From NCBI GenBank assembly GCA_001244265.2, contig CDLV01000014.1:992001-1056000 (forward strand): a DNA stretch of 64,000 nucleotides, read 5' to 3'. The notes under the pieces were generated by a model. That model searched no databases, was not told the DNA's origin, and worked only from the letters and a program-made list of their open reading frames with translations. The translations under genes were made by a program, and so were the position numbers. The DNA comes from Microbotryum violaceum. Its lineage: Eukaryota. Positions 37,801 through 50,805 of this stretch are shown piece after piece. Every line of letters begins with the position of its first letter. Within the stretch, counting starts at the first letter, position 1.

Positions 37801-38556
37801 TGATGAGCAAGAACATGTCCGAGGAGGATCGAGCCCGAGTGGGCGCGCTCCAAGCGGAGAACGATAAAGCTGCGGCGGAGGTCAAGGATCTCAAGGAGAA
37901 GTTGTTCAAGGCCAAAGCAGTGAGTCGGCATTCGAGGCTGTTTCGAGCTTGAGCGAGCACCGAATTAAACCTAAAGTGTGATCCACACAGTTCATCAAGA
38001 ATCAGGACAAGCTGCTGAGGGAACGGCACGCGGCTGCGATCAATGTAGGTTGTTCCGAAACTTCTGGCATGTCAGGTGTGAGCGAACGGGACTGACCATT
38101 CTAGCTGTTGACGAACCAACCTGCAGGGCATGGGCGAGGAAGCCGAGCAAGCACTGCGGTCCCAGATTGCTCAGCTCAAGGAGGACCTCGAACGGCAGAA
38201 GGTGAGTTCTATGCGTGTTTTGAGATTTGACTGATGATGTAAAGTCACTGACCGTCCGCGTTCGTTTATCGAAACAAGAACAACACGGCCGAAGTCGAAG
38301 CCCGGTACCGACGCGAGCAACAGCTGATGCTCTCGGCCTGGCACGAGCTCGGGATGCGCACGATGCGAGAAGGCGTCGCCAACGCTGGGCATACCAAGTC
38401 CCAACCTGCGAGTTGGATGGGGCAACAACGGCTGAGATCGAATGGGAATGGGCTGGTGAGTCTCGATTGAGGACATGGGTGGCGATCGCTCCGTTTCGAT
38501 TGCTGACTAGGCGGTGAAAATCTTACGGCGCGTGGTTTGAACAGAGATACGGTTGA
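34899..38556 (+). CDS. hok1: Hook-family dynein/early-endosome adaptor, multi-exon
   Basis: LNDGVVLGE..DPAYFR...ENWVLRFNNLKRLYKLL, LVLALAVCSEKRQFYVEKIQSLD, long coiled coils with KLKDQMDEYRHA...IEKYKKKLE, and C-terminal REQQLMLSAWHELG. Confidence 0.92.
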
Positions 38557-39713
38557 GATGTGTGACAGTCGGGAACAAATTCTATTTTTACGCGTTTTAT
38601 ATATATAGCAAAGTACACCTCGCGTATTGTGTCAGTACTCGTTCCCATCGCAATAGCATCTTTATCTGGGACCGGTAAATCGTAATGAGAAATGGCAGCG
38701 GCTTTGTAATCAGTCAACCCGGTTTCCCATTGCCTCACCCTGCTGTGCCCCGCTTTCGCTCCTTCGCGCTCTCGCGCTCTCCCCCTCGCCACCACCTTTC
38801 CCATCCAAACCCACCCCACCCCACTCCACCCCAAAAACCACTTATCACTATGAACCGAGGCTGCGTGAGTGGATACATAGAGCGAATCGTAGCGCCTAGT
38901 GACCATTTGCTGACCTTGTCTATCGTATCGTGTGTTGGCGGTGCAGTACAACTGCGGAGAACGTAAGCCTGCTTGTCCCCGCCCAGCTTGCCATCCAGCG
39001 CAGAAATCACTACGAAGCGATCAGCGTCTTGAGTGACGGTTCATTCGAGCGAAGCAGAGACAGAGGTCCTGTTGCAGTGGGAGTCTCGCAGCTGGCAGTG
39101 GGAGTCTCGCAGCTGGCAGTGGCAGTAGCAGCTGCACACACCGGGTGGCTGTCGCGAGATGCGGTACGCGGTTTCGCATTTCGTGGGCGTGCTCGCTTGC
39201 GCGCAGGTTCGCAGGTCCTGGCCCTCGCGCGAAATTTCGCTGCTGGTGACGGCGGCGGCTTCGTGGGCCCGGGACGAGCGAAGCGGAGCGGAGCGGAGCG
39301 TGTTTCGTTCGCACGGTCCTCGAACGACCTCGACCACCGTGGGAACGACGCGCGATGCTTCAACCACCCTCCGTTCGGCGCGTGTACCTTCGGGAGCTGC
39401 TCTAGCAAGAAGGCCTTCGCTTTTGATGCTATTACATGGTCACGACTCCCTCTTGCCGGGACGAATATGATGGCCTGCAACAAATGGCTTTGGTCGTGTA
39501 CTCGAGTGGAAAGCTAACGACGCCTTCAATTTTCTCTTATCTGCTTTGTGAACGCTGCATCAAACAGCCGGCCGTGAGTAGGCTTCTCAAGTTTCGAACA
39601 ACCTGTACACCGAGCACTCCGAGCAATCCCCGAGCCCCTCTTCTCGATCAAACTCTTCGTCAAGACCCGAGTCGTTCGGAGCTTCGATACCCTCTATTCA
39701 AGCCAACAACATC

Positions 39714-40949
39714 ATGAAGAAGAAGAGAGGGGCAAAACTGGGGGCCTCGGGGTCGAGGTCGAGTGTGGTGTGGTGTGGCGTGGTGTGATGTGGTGGGTAG
39801 AAGAGGAGTCGAGCTGATGTTGTGCGCGCGCGTGCCCGTTGTTGTTGTCGTCGATGTTGTTCGGTTGATGGTCTGTGATCAGACTTGGCCTCTGCTTGCC
39901 CCAAGGTATGTCTCGATCGCGTTTAGGATAATTGTTATTGTGCATTTGCTTACCTTTTCGTTCATTGATCGACCAGGCCGGCAACCCCACTTGCTATAAC
40001 GTACGCGCTCTTTCCTGCCTGCAGAACACGCTTTGAGGAAGCCATAGCTGACCACACGAATTTCACCCTCAAAAGTGCTCGCAAGAGGGTCACGTTTCGC
40101 GTGAGTGGTAATCTATTCCTCAGTTAGAGCTCGCAGCATTGGCTGACGCCTTCTTTGACCTTTCCTCTCCTCCAGGCGACTGCCCCAACGAACGCAAGGC
40201 CAAGTCGTGCTACCAGTGCAACCAGGAGGGTCACCTTTCGCGTGACTGCCCCGAGAAGCCCGCTTCCTCTTTCGGCGGCGCCCAGGGCGGCTACGGCGGC
40301 AATTCTTCGGCCGTCTGCTACTCGTGCAACCAAACCGGCCACATCTCGCGCAACTGCCCGCAATCCGCCGGCCAGGCCCAAGGTGGATTCAGTGGAGGAT
40401 TCGGTGGCGTACGTTACATGAGATCCCTATGAATTGAAGGTCAAGTGGCTGACTTGGCTTGCACTTCTTTTATGCAGCAACAAGCCCAGGGCCGTGCTTG
40501 CTACTCGTGCGGTGGCTTCGGGCATCTGAGCAGGGATTGCGCTTCAGCCCAGAAGTGCTTCGGCTGCGGTGGAGTGAGTCGAGCGGAGCTTATGATAAGT
40601 CGTGTTGTTTTGATGGGCTCGAACTGACCACTGGCTGCTCCCTTCTTAGACTGGTCACATCTCGCGTGATTGCCCCAACCCCGTCCAGCGCCAGGCCAGG
40701 AGCTGCTACGGATGCGGCCAGGTACGTGACTGATCTGGTCGTTGGAGATTGGAGGGACAGGTGCTAACCAGACTACTATTTCATATCCTGCGATCTGTCA
40801 TTTCTCTTCACTGGACAACAGACCGGTCACAGTAAGTGTCATACTACAAAGCTGTTCCTAGTTTCTAGCTGGTGACTGACCCTCACGTCTTTCCCCTATC
40901 TACCACAGTCTCGCGCGACTGCCCCAACGCCGCTCAAGCCGAGGCCTAA
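39714..40949 (+). CDS. CNBP/Gis2/Byr3-like multi-CCHC zinc-knuckle protein with micro-exons; 5' structure uncertain
   Basis: HLASACPK|AGNPTCYN|CSQEGHVS|RDCP..CYQCNQEGHLSRDC..CYSCNQTGHISRNC..CYSCGGFGHLSRDC..CFGCGG|TGHISRDC..CYGCGQ|TGH|ISRDCP. Confidence 0.88.
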
Positions 40950-41349
40950 GATTTAAGAACAGCGACCTGGGGTACCTTGTCCTTGTCCTCTTCCTTTTCT
41001 CACTCCATATCGACTGTTTCCCCGAATGGTCGGCTGTTTTTTGTTTCTCACCCATCTTCCTCTTTTTAGTAGCTGGAAGGTTGTAACGATAAGCGTGGGT
41101 GAGAGAGCGGGAAAAGATGACTGGCAGCGTGCTGGATGAGCATCTCAAACCAACAAACGAAGGGATGGCATGATGTCGTCCTCTTTCGAATTGGTTGTGA
41201 CAGTCTTCGAGAGACAATTGTGAAGAGTGCCCTGGAATACCGTTTAAGCGAAGTGGCGCTCAACAATGTTTTCATTCCATTCCTTGTGTACCTGGCTACG
41301 ACAAAGCGCGAGAGAGAAACTGGACCACTTGGCTCGTGCGAATGTTCAC

Positions 41350-42500
41350 GGCAAATAAATGCCCGACGTCGTCGTCGATCGAACGCGTGCCACTCACGGA
41401 GCGCTCACAACAAACGAGATTCAGAAGAACGCCTATATTGAGGACGGCCGCATTCAAGTGAGTTGTTGCTGAATTTAGGAACGAAGGCAGCTGGATCTAA
41501 TGTTTTGCCGGTCCTATACTTTTAGGAAAAGCTCCCTGAGAGAGACAAGCAGTACGGAGCGCTAGCACAACGCTATCCTCATTTTGGATCGCTTGACGGA
41601 GCTGTAACCGCTGCCACACCATTGGAGATTGGATCTCTGATCTGCTTTGGCCTCAAGCGTGGCATGCATTCACTCAGCTGCGATCAAACTGCTTATGGAG
41701 AAGAAGCGCTGTCTATCGGAATTGGTACATTGTTTTGAGTGTTAGTTGAGCTGTGAAGTTCTCGTTTGACACAAGTCTTGTGTCCTACAGTGCGATACAT
41801 CTACAGCAAAGTGACAACAAACCACTGCAACCAAGACACGCTCGCCTCGTTGGTTCTACTCTCAAATGTCGTCGTACAGGAGCTTCGCCTCATCAAGAAA
41901 ATATGCTATTCCACATACCTCATTGATGGCACTATGCCGTTCCGCATGATTGATGGTCGACAGATCATCGAGTCATTAGGCCCGTCAACGACTACATATC
42001 GTTCAACCACGGACCTTACCTCATGTTACCCGGACGAGCGCCTAATCAGCACGAGCGCACATGCCGAGCAAAGGTTTGCCGCCCTTCGGAGCGTGCCCGG
42101 CCTGCGAGATGCCGCCGGCAGAACCTCTACAAGCCGCACAAATGCCACCGCTTAAACAAGGAGCTCAACTTCAGCAAAAAGGAAGTCTGACAACGAAGCA
42201 GCGAGCCAGCCAGCAAAGCAAGGAAGGCTTGTTTGAAGCGTGGAGCCACGCGCAACACCAGCTGAAGCGATGCGCGCCGCGAGCCACTTTCGATAGGCCG
42301 CCGCGCGCCCGCAAACGCTCGGAACGCGTTTTCGAGGACTTTTGAGCGATTTTTGGAGCATGTAGAACACATTTTGATAATATTTCCGAGGCGCATGCGA
42401 GATTTTGACATTTTGGGGCCAAAATAGGGTAAAAAACTTTGACAAAAAGGCCAAAAAATGGCGTTTTTTCGTTCGCATGCGCTGGGCTTTCGGGGGTCCT
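41350..42500 (+). mobile_element. Truncated diverged copy of the AGGACCC-family element (right end plus gene remnant)
   Basis: Ends GCTGGGCTTTCGGGGGTCCT at 42500. Subterminal GAGGCGC..GACATTTTGGGG as at 31360-31390. Peptide FGSLDGAVTAATPLEIGSLICF|VRYIYSK...LLSNVVVQE is homologous to 30590-31000. Confidence 0.82.
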
Positions 42501-43234
42501 GGCACCCAGTGCAGTGAGCCTCGACAACCAGGGTTTTTCTCTTGAAAAACGGTCATCATCTCTGAATAACAGCACAAGTATCTTAGTATTTAGAGATCCT
42601 CAGGGAAGTTGCCGCAGGAGCTGGCAGCATCAATCATCACACTCGACTTAAGATGCACCTACTATGCGGGTCAAATTAAGTCTGCCAAAACAACTAGGTC
42701 GCGCGCAACGCATTAAGGCAGCTGTTTTGAAATTTGGCCCAGGAAATGGTTGGTACAGGCATGGTATACCATCATCCCCCCCACCCCCACCCACGGCCCG
42801 CGCCCGGAGGCAGAATAGTGGCTAAGGAGTGCACTTGCTAACTCGCCTACGCTAATCGGCCCTTTGCCTCAGCCCATGGCACTGGCACCCCCCACCTTCA
42901 AGCTTCAAACCTCCCCCACCGCCTTGCACTCATCGGCATCGCTTCAAGCATGGGCTCCCTGCGACACACACCGCCACTATAACAAGCAAATCCAGCGTCC
43001 CTAGTAGGGAAAGAAAAGGAAAAAGACACCAAGACCAAGTGTAAGAAATTCACGAGGCGGAGGAAGAAGAAGGCGGCTGACACGATCATCGAGAGCGGGG
43101 CGACCACGGGACCAGAGGAGGGGGCGAAGAAGAAAAAGAAAAAGAACAAGATGAGGTCATGGCCCATGCGAGAACGAAAAAAGGAGCCAGTCTTGTCCCC
43201 GAAGAGCGAGGCGTTTGTAAAATCCTCCGGCTAC

Positions 43235-44598
43235 CACTGAGCGACGTTTTTGGCGGGGAATACCCATTCAGATGGGTATTCCCCGGCTGCGGTATTACCC
43301 ATTCAGCTGGGTATTACCCACCAAAATGGGTAATACCCGCTGGTTGGGTATTACCCACCTGACGATGGTATTACCCAAGCAGACGGTATTCCCTTCGGTT
43401 CGGGTATTCCCAATTTTGATGGGTAATACCATCCAAAAAGTCTCAATAGGGGCTCTTTTCGGGAGCGTGATCGAGCTTAATTCACACTAGCTTGCTCATT
43501 AGGTATTATATCATTAATTGCTAGGGTGGTTCGGGCTGATTTTTAGGCATTAATATAGATATGCTGTTAATGAAATCTATTAGATAAAAATAAATAAAAA
43601 TCGGGCTGACTCACGTTCGGGCTAATATAAGTCGGCCATCTTTGTGCTGACGTGTCGCCTCGGTCCACTCCCTGCAGCCAGAAAGTACCTCGATGCGGAT
43701 AGCATGTACGTACGAAACGACAAAGGCGATATGAGCTTGTGTGAGTATACTTGCAAGCACAGGCAAACTGACAACGTCCCTTACAATCGGCTTCGCGTAG
43801 GCGCCGGCAACTTCAACGAGCAGAACCCGACCACCGACTAGCTCTGACTTCCCTGCACCACTCGTAACATTCCTCGACCCAGTAGGTGATGCAGTAGTGG
43901 CAGAGATTAGACGCCTGTTCCGGTCCAGGTGTATGGGCCGCTTGCGGAGATCGGCCTGGAATGGTCTCACAGCTAGCAAGTAGCAACTGCCCGAAGAACA
44001 TCATCCCAAGGACGCGGGCAGAGTCGTCTGTGCCAGAACAAGCACCTACACTATTGTGGAGGAACATGCCCCTTCGAAGCAATAGTAGATCGTCAAGTAT
44101 GTAAGTAACACGCGCCGGTCCTTACCTTGACTGTGCGCTCGCTTGCGCGCTGACCAATCACTTCTCCCTCGGCTCTTGCAGAATCAACATGTTTCCTTGC
44201 GGTCACATCGGATGACCGGCTCTAGAGGCCCGGGCCCGTCAAGAAGCAAGAAGACCGATCAAAACCTCAACAGAAGCCAACAGATTATCTACAAGAGGAA
44301 CCTTTGGCAACCGTCGAAACGAAGAGGAACAAGACGAGGATCAGGGACAGGACGAAGAAGACGTCAAGGAGTTAATGAGCAAGCTAATGTGAATTAAGCT
44401 CGATGACGCTCCCGAAGAGAGCCCTTATTGGATGGTATTACTCATTAAAATTGGGAATACCCGAACCAAACCAAAGGGAATACCGTCTGCTTGGGTAATA
44501 CCAAAGTCACGTGGGTAATACCCAGCTGAATGGGTAATACCGCAGCCCGGGGAATACCCATTCAGATGGGTATTCCCCGCCAAAAACGTCGCTCAGTG
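43235..44598. mobile_element. Non-autonomous CACTG (EnSpm/CMC-like) element with ~250-bp TIRs
   Basis: CACTGAGCGACGTTTTTGGCGGGGAATACCCAT... / ...ATGGGTATTCCCCGCCAAAAACGTCGCTCAGTG, with GGTATTACCCA subterminal repeats. TSD not preserved. Confidence 0.82.
43540..43600 (+). mobile_element. 61-bp 5'-truncated LINE insertion
   Basis: Identical to the 3' end of the LINE at 57260-57305 (rc), with an A-rich tail and 9-bp TSD TCGGGCTGA (43531-43539, 43601-43609). Confidence 0.9.
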
Positions 44599-45966
44599 TT
44601 GTCACCCAGTGTGCGTCGACGCGTCGATGTGCTTGGGCCAAGGTCAAAGCGCGGGAGCGAACCGTGAGCCACATTTTTTGTATCTAATACACTTCAATAA
44701 CAGCAAGTGACCAGTCAGCTTTTTTGTCCCGATACCATTAATACCCTTAAGACCCAGTAGGGCCCAATATGATTCGGCAAAAGGAAACTCCCATCTTCGA
44801 GCTCGAGATCCGAAGCTCCGAAGCTGGCCTAGCCAGTACTAAGTGTGCTCAACTGCATTCTCTCCGACTTTTCCAAGGTTTTTAGGTGATGTTATAATTG
44901 TACTGTTGTTGAATTCTATTGAAGAAAAAAAGGGGTAGTAAGTAGTGAGTGAAGAGGAGCAGAAAATTAGGAGGGAGGGGGGGGGGGGAAGGTCAATACA
45001 GCAGCTGCCTTACCTGTGCATACTTGGTTGTATCCTCCATCTCGTCAGCAGGCGGTATTGGGTACAACAGCTATATCGCATTTCGGTTCCGAATTCGACT
45101 CTTGGGAACATTGGTATAGGAAGATTGGTATTATCTATAAGGATAACTCTAACACCGATTAGCTAATACGCTTCGCTTCACGGCTCGTGGGACGCCCAGA
45201 GAGGTGCACCGGGCCCAAAAAACAGAAAAGCTGCCTTATCGCGCGTGCGCGCACGAGTTCATTTGGCTGGCTTAAGGACCTGCCGATCTGCGACTTTACT
45301 CGCTCGATTTTCGAATTCCAAGCTGAGAGCTACCGAGGGCGTTTGGCTCGCCCCACAACTCCGTCAACGTCGACCGACCACAACAGTCAGGATAACATAT
45401 CGAGCACAAGCAAGTAGGTCGCCGAGGACCATTCGTCGTTCCGTTGTATTGTGCTGGTAGGTCTTAATGGGCACCACTTGCCAAGTTGCCATCATCCGTC
45501 CATCATCGGTCGAAGCAACGATAGTCAGGTGCACGTTCGCATCGATCGATCCATCACTGCCTCAACAGCTTCTTCGCAATCTCTGGAGTCGCTCAGTCGT
45601 GCTCGAGTGGTCAGTCGAGGGTACTGAACTGCTGAGTCACAAGAACGAGACGGTGGACTAACTCTCCCAGGAGAGGGTCGTCCTCTCCGCGGTACCACTT
45701 TTACCGCTTCGACGCCACAAAGGAGTGAGAGGCTGCTCGCACGTAGCCGAGAGCTGATCGACTACGTGCCATCCTCCATGCAACAGGTGCGCATAGCTCG
45801 TCGCTCCCAACACAAGATCGGCCCGGTCCAAGCGGTCCAAGCCTCTCGCAGCCTTGGTTCGAAGCCGAGAGCGAGTTCAAAGACCCGGTCACTCGACGTT
45901 TCGCTTTCAAGTCGAGCACTTGAACGGCGCATTCAGGGGTGTTGCCGCGTCTTCAGACTCCGCCCC

Positions 45967-48900
45967 ATGAACCATGCCGACCTGCATGCTCTGTTCGCGT
46001 CCAGAGCTATCGTCAAAGCTCGCTCTTTCTTACGGCAAGGGCTAGGTGGAAGTGCAACCGGCTCAACCATGAACGGGGCCGGATCTTTATCGAAAAGCCC
46101 CAATGGATTCGGTGGTTTCGGCGGCGGTGCGCTGGGCACGTCAGCAATCAATGCAGAGGTGAACCGAAGAGATCATCTTGGTCGAACGGTCCTTCACCTC
46201 GCCGCGAGCGAACTAGGGGATTGGGCGCTTGAATGGGTCGAGATCTTGCTTGCCGTGCCAGGGCTTCCGGTCAATGCCGTAGATGCTGAGAGCGGGTGGT
46301 CCGCCCTTCACCGAGCACTCTACGCTGGAAACATTTCTGCCGCCCGACTTATTTTCAACCGCAGTGACGTCGACCTGCGCCTCAAGGATCATGAAGGCTT
46401 GACCCCGTTTGATGTGTACAACTCGACTATGGACGGCACCAACCCCCCCCAATCGCAGACCGGTCCAGGGACGGATGCGACCAATCTGGTTCAGCGTGGC
46501 GATCTTACCTTGGGCCGCAGCGAGCTTCATACCTGGGGGAACAACCGTAACTTTGTCCTCGGCTTCAGCGGCGATGGCGATCGAACCTACCCAGAGCGAG
46601 TGCCCTTGACTCGACACGAAGGCGGCGCCGGGCTGAGTGCATTCGATCCCGTAAAAGTTCTCGACGTTTCAATGGCACGTCTCCATACAGGTACGTGCTG
46701 TGTTGCTTTCCAGCGCAGACAGTCAGGTGCTTTGATCTGAGAACGAGGGTCGATCCTACTTCTCTGCAGCCATTGTGACAGACGAGCCTAGCAACAACAT
46801 CCGCCTTTGTGGTTACGGCACGGGAGGGCGGCTTGGACCGACACTGCACACGCAATTCAACTTCACCCCGCTGCACGACTTCCCTCATCAGGTTGCCGTG
46901 GCGGTGGTCTCGCCTGACCATACGCTTGTCGTCACGACGTCGGGTGCGGTCTGGACCTTCGGTCTGAATCGATTTGGCCAACTAGGCTACATTTTAGACG
47001 GCCCGTCCTCCGGACGGTCGTCTGGGTCCACAGGACCCCGTGCTTCTGGCGCTGCGGATGATTTGACGCAATCGCTGCCGCGTCGCGTGCTCGGGTTGCT
47101 CAAGAAGCAGGCAGTGGTCGGGGCCGCTGTTTCACGAACGCACAGTGCTGTGATCACCTCCAACGGAGATCTCTTTACCTGGGGAACGAACAAAGGCCAG
47201 CTGGGCTACCCAGCGCGCGGGACCACCGTCCAGGTGCTGCCACGCAAAGTGACCAGTATGACCTCCCCGATTGCCATGCTCACGACGACCGAGATTGCGA
47301 CCGCTTGCCTCCTCGCTGATTCGAAGGAAGTCATTGTACTGTATGCGGAGGGTTACATACGCATCGCAATCCCGCTCACCCCCTTCCCATCAAAGATGCA
47401 ACCCTACCGGCCGCCGAACGTAAGCGACAAGCCTGCGATACGTAAAATTGCATCTTGCGGTACCACCTTTGCCGCTTTATCGACGTTGGGAGACGTCTTT
47501 ACCTGGACCCTCGATGGTTTTTCGGCCTCGACCAGTGGCGCCGATATTTCTACTGATTTCTCGCGGCTGGCACCGAAGCCGCAGCGAATTTGGTCGCTTC
47601 GACGCGCCTTTACCGCTGTCACCGACCTTGGTGTTGGTTTAGACGGAACGATTATTATCTGCACTGTTTCTGGACACTGCTTTGTGCGAACCAAGAAGTT
47701 TGAAGCTCAAATGGCGAAGTCCGGGAGATCAACACCGACCTCGGCGACCTCGAAAAACAGCAATGGCGGTTGGAAATTCACCAAGGTCCCATTCTTGCAG
47801 CGCTGCGTGAGCGTGGCTGCCAACTCAACAGGAGGATTTGCTGCCCTGCGATCGGATGTACCGCTGCGTCATATCGATATCGAAGGCTCCACGCTCGCGG
47901 AAGATTTGCTGGGTGTACTGCCCCACTGGTCGCGTTGCGAGGCTGAAATACCCAGCACTAAACTCAAAAGGACAGCGCAGGATGAAGACGACGGAGACGC
48001 AGCAACTCAAGCGACTGTGGAATGGGATATCACAGTCGCAAGGCGGTTGATGCAAATACTCCTTACTTGGAACCCTGCTTGCGAAGCTCACTTGGCGGGA
48101 ACCGACACCTTCTTTGTTCCAAATCAAGGCCAAAGAATTCCTGTTCATCGCGCGATGCTGGCGGTGCGATCGCCCAGTCTGCTCACTCGAATTGCAGCCG
48201 CGTGCCCCGGTGCAGTTGAGCTCAAACTGGACTGCTCGAACTATTCGGCCCTTCTATTGATCCACTACCTTTACCACGATAAAATACCGGCGGTCTGGGA
48301 TTTGCGCGTTGGACTCTCGTTGCAGGCTGCTTTCGGGAGCAGTCTGACCATTGGGGTCTATCGCCAAGAGTTGCAGCGCCTAGCTCTCGATCTCGAACTG
48401 CCTGCATTAGTGGAGGCACTGAACTACCAGGCCCCAATGGTACCGCGTCCGACGCTCTCTCACGACATCACAACGCTTTTGCAATACTCGCCCGACGCGA
48501 CTCGCCTGGCCACCTCGTCTCTGGTGCCCGACATCGTGTTGGCACTCGCCGATCGTGACGTTGCTGCCCATTCTTTTATTCTCCGCGCGCGTTGTCCGTT
48601 CTTCCGCGTCTTCTTCGACGAAATCGAATGGACCTTGCATCGCAGGAGTCATTTCGACGGCAAAATCCGCTTCAGTCTGCAGCACATTGAGTGGAGCGTG
48701 ATGAGGCTCGTGCTCGATCATATTCACAGCGATGCCGGAATCGGCCTGTTCCGATCGATTGAGCGAGCATCAGCAGAAGACTACATCGACTTCGCTACCC
48801 AAGTGCTTGCAGTCGCTAATGAATTGCTGCTCGACAAGCTCAAAGCGATTTGTTCCGTTGTGTTGCGAGACTTCAGTAAGCCTTCCTTGTCAACGCGTCC

Positions 48901-50616
48901 AGCCTCACGTGTCCCTGTCGATGACTGACATCGGGCTACTTGAATAGTCACGCTTCGCAACGTCTGTGCGATTTTTTCGGACGCAGTTTTCTACGAGGCC
49001 AAGGATCTTACCCACACGTGTATGCATTACCTTGCCTCTTCGATGGAGACCGCCCTCGAAAACCGACTTCTGGACGACCTCACCCCTGAGCTGTTGAAGG
49101 CCCTGACAGAGTTCGTGCAAGAGCGGCAAGGCAACAAGATGCCTGTTACTCGCTCGGGTTACCTGGTCAATGATTTGATGGCCAAACATGCCTCTTTCGT
49201 CGCCGATCTCGACATTGGGCGGCCTACCGGCGGTGCCCGACGCTGGAGACCTGTAATTGGCAACTCTAGCTCACCGCGACCGTCGCCCAATCTGCTCTCC
49301 CCAGGTCCTTCCCCTTTGATGATACCTCGGTGGTCCCCGACTATACGGTCTCCTCATCTTCCGTCTCCTACTGGTAGTCCGTCGATGCCGGCGCACAATC
49401 TCGATTTCGAGGACATGTTCACTATGGACGAGGACTTCTCGCTTGACGGCACGGTCCCAGCAACCAAGCCTGCCAGTACATCGAATCCGGCCACGCCTAT
49501 TCTCCCACCCATCCGACGACAATCGGTCAAAACTTGTTTCGGAAGTGCATCTCCGGGTGGCGCCAATTTCACTACTCTCGGATCCCCTCCACCTCCGCGA
49601 CTTCAGCCGTGGACAAAACCCACCACGGCGCCTCAAAAGTCAGTTTCTTCGTGCTCGACTCGGGCATTGCACCGAGACTGATCCCCCTTTTTTTCTCGCT
49701 TGTGGCATGCAGACCTGTAGATTTGAGAAGCATTATTTCTTCCGAATCGTCCGTCTCAACCACTCCACCGACCACCCTGGGTACTCGACCGCTTTCCACC
49801 AACGCCGTGCAACCTCTGTCCAATACGTCTCAGAAGCCGGCACGTAGCAGCCCTCCTGGATGGAGGCCCATCGCTTCTACCTCTCTTTCGTCCTTGCCAG
49901 AGATACAGTCACAACAGTCGCTTCGGGCCCCGCCCCGGATGGCAACACCTCGGCCCCTTGACCATAGTCGACGATCAGTTACGCAACATCCCGTTTCCGC
50001 TGCGCCCTCGCCCTCGTCCGTGTCGGCTTATCGACCGGTACCTCTCGCCCGGAGGGATCCGGCGTCTGCAATTGGGGCACCCGTATACACGCCGACGCGA
50101 CTCCCCTCTGGATCGAAACCCACACCGCGTGCGGGCTTTAAGGGCGCGGATGTTCCTTGGACAAACTACACCCTTGCCTCCGCGCAAACTTATGCCCCAG
50201 CACCGCAATCGCCCTCGTCGGGTCCATTGGCGGCTCCCCCTGCAGCTTCGTTTGCCGCCATCCAGTCGCAACAGCGCCGCGAAATCGAGCAAGTGCGCGA
50301 GGGGCGAGCTGTACGAAGTCTAGCGGAAGTGATGGACGAAGAGCGCCAACAAGCCAAACAACGCGAACTCGAAGCAAAACAAGAGCGAGACTTCGAGATT
50401 TGGTTTGAGGAGGAATCTCGTCGGTTCCAAATACAATCCGGTGAAGCTCATTCGGCACCGGCCTCTTCTGGACGTGGAGGTGGTGGAGGGTCGTCACGAC
50501 GGTCAGGGGGGAGGAAGCCGGCTCACGGACGCGGCGCCGCTGGCGAGGGCAGTGACGGAGTGCGAGGTTCGAGTAGGGGCGGAAAGGGCCGAGCAGCCAA
50601 CCCCATAAACAGTTGA
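45967..50616 (+). CDS. btb1: Ankyrin + RCC1 + tandem BTB protein (IBtk / S. pombe Btb1-like), 4 exons
   Basis: RDHLGRTVLHLAAS, DAESGWSALHRALYAGN, RCC1 repeats (TWGNNRNFVLG, GYGTGGRLG, TFGLNRFGQLG, TWGTNKGQLG) and BTB motifs (IPVHRAMLAVRS, AAHSFILRARCPFF). Confidence 0.92.
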
Positions 50617-50805
50617 CGGCGGCATGTGCTACAGATGAAACCAGATTCTGCATCGAATAGAGGTGTGGTGTACACGGCATGTTGTAATCCATCTCACCTT
50701 TGAGCGATTTTCTGACATGGCCAATTTGCCCTCCGCCACAGTACAATGGGGCAAGTCTTGAAATTGCCATACGGTGCTTGAGGGGTACAACAAGGAGACA
50801 AAGCA

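Noticed and set aside
39074-39130. 21-bp tandem repeat GCAGTGGGAGTCTCGCAGCTG upstream of the zinc-knuckle gene
   Set aside because: Only two copies, with no evidence of function.
44890-45154. Possible solo LTR (minus strand begins TGTTAGAG)
   Set aside because: No matching other end, TSD, PBS or second copy in the window.
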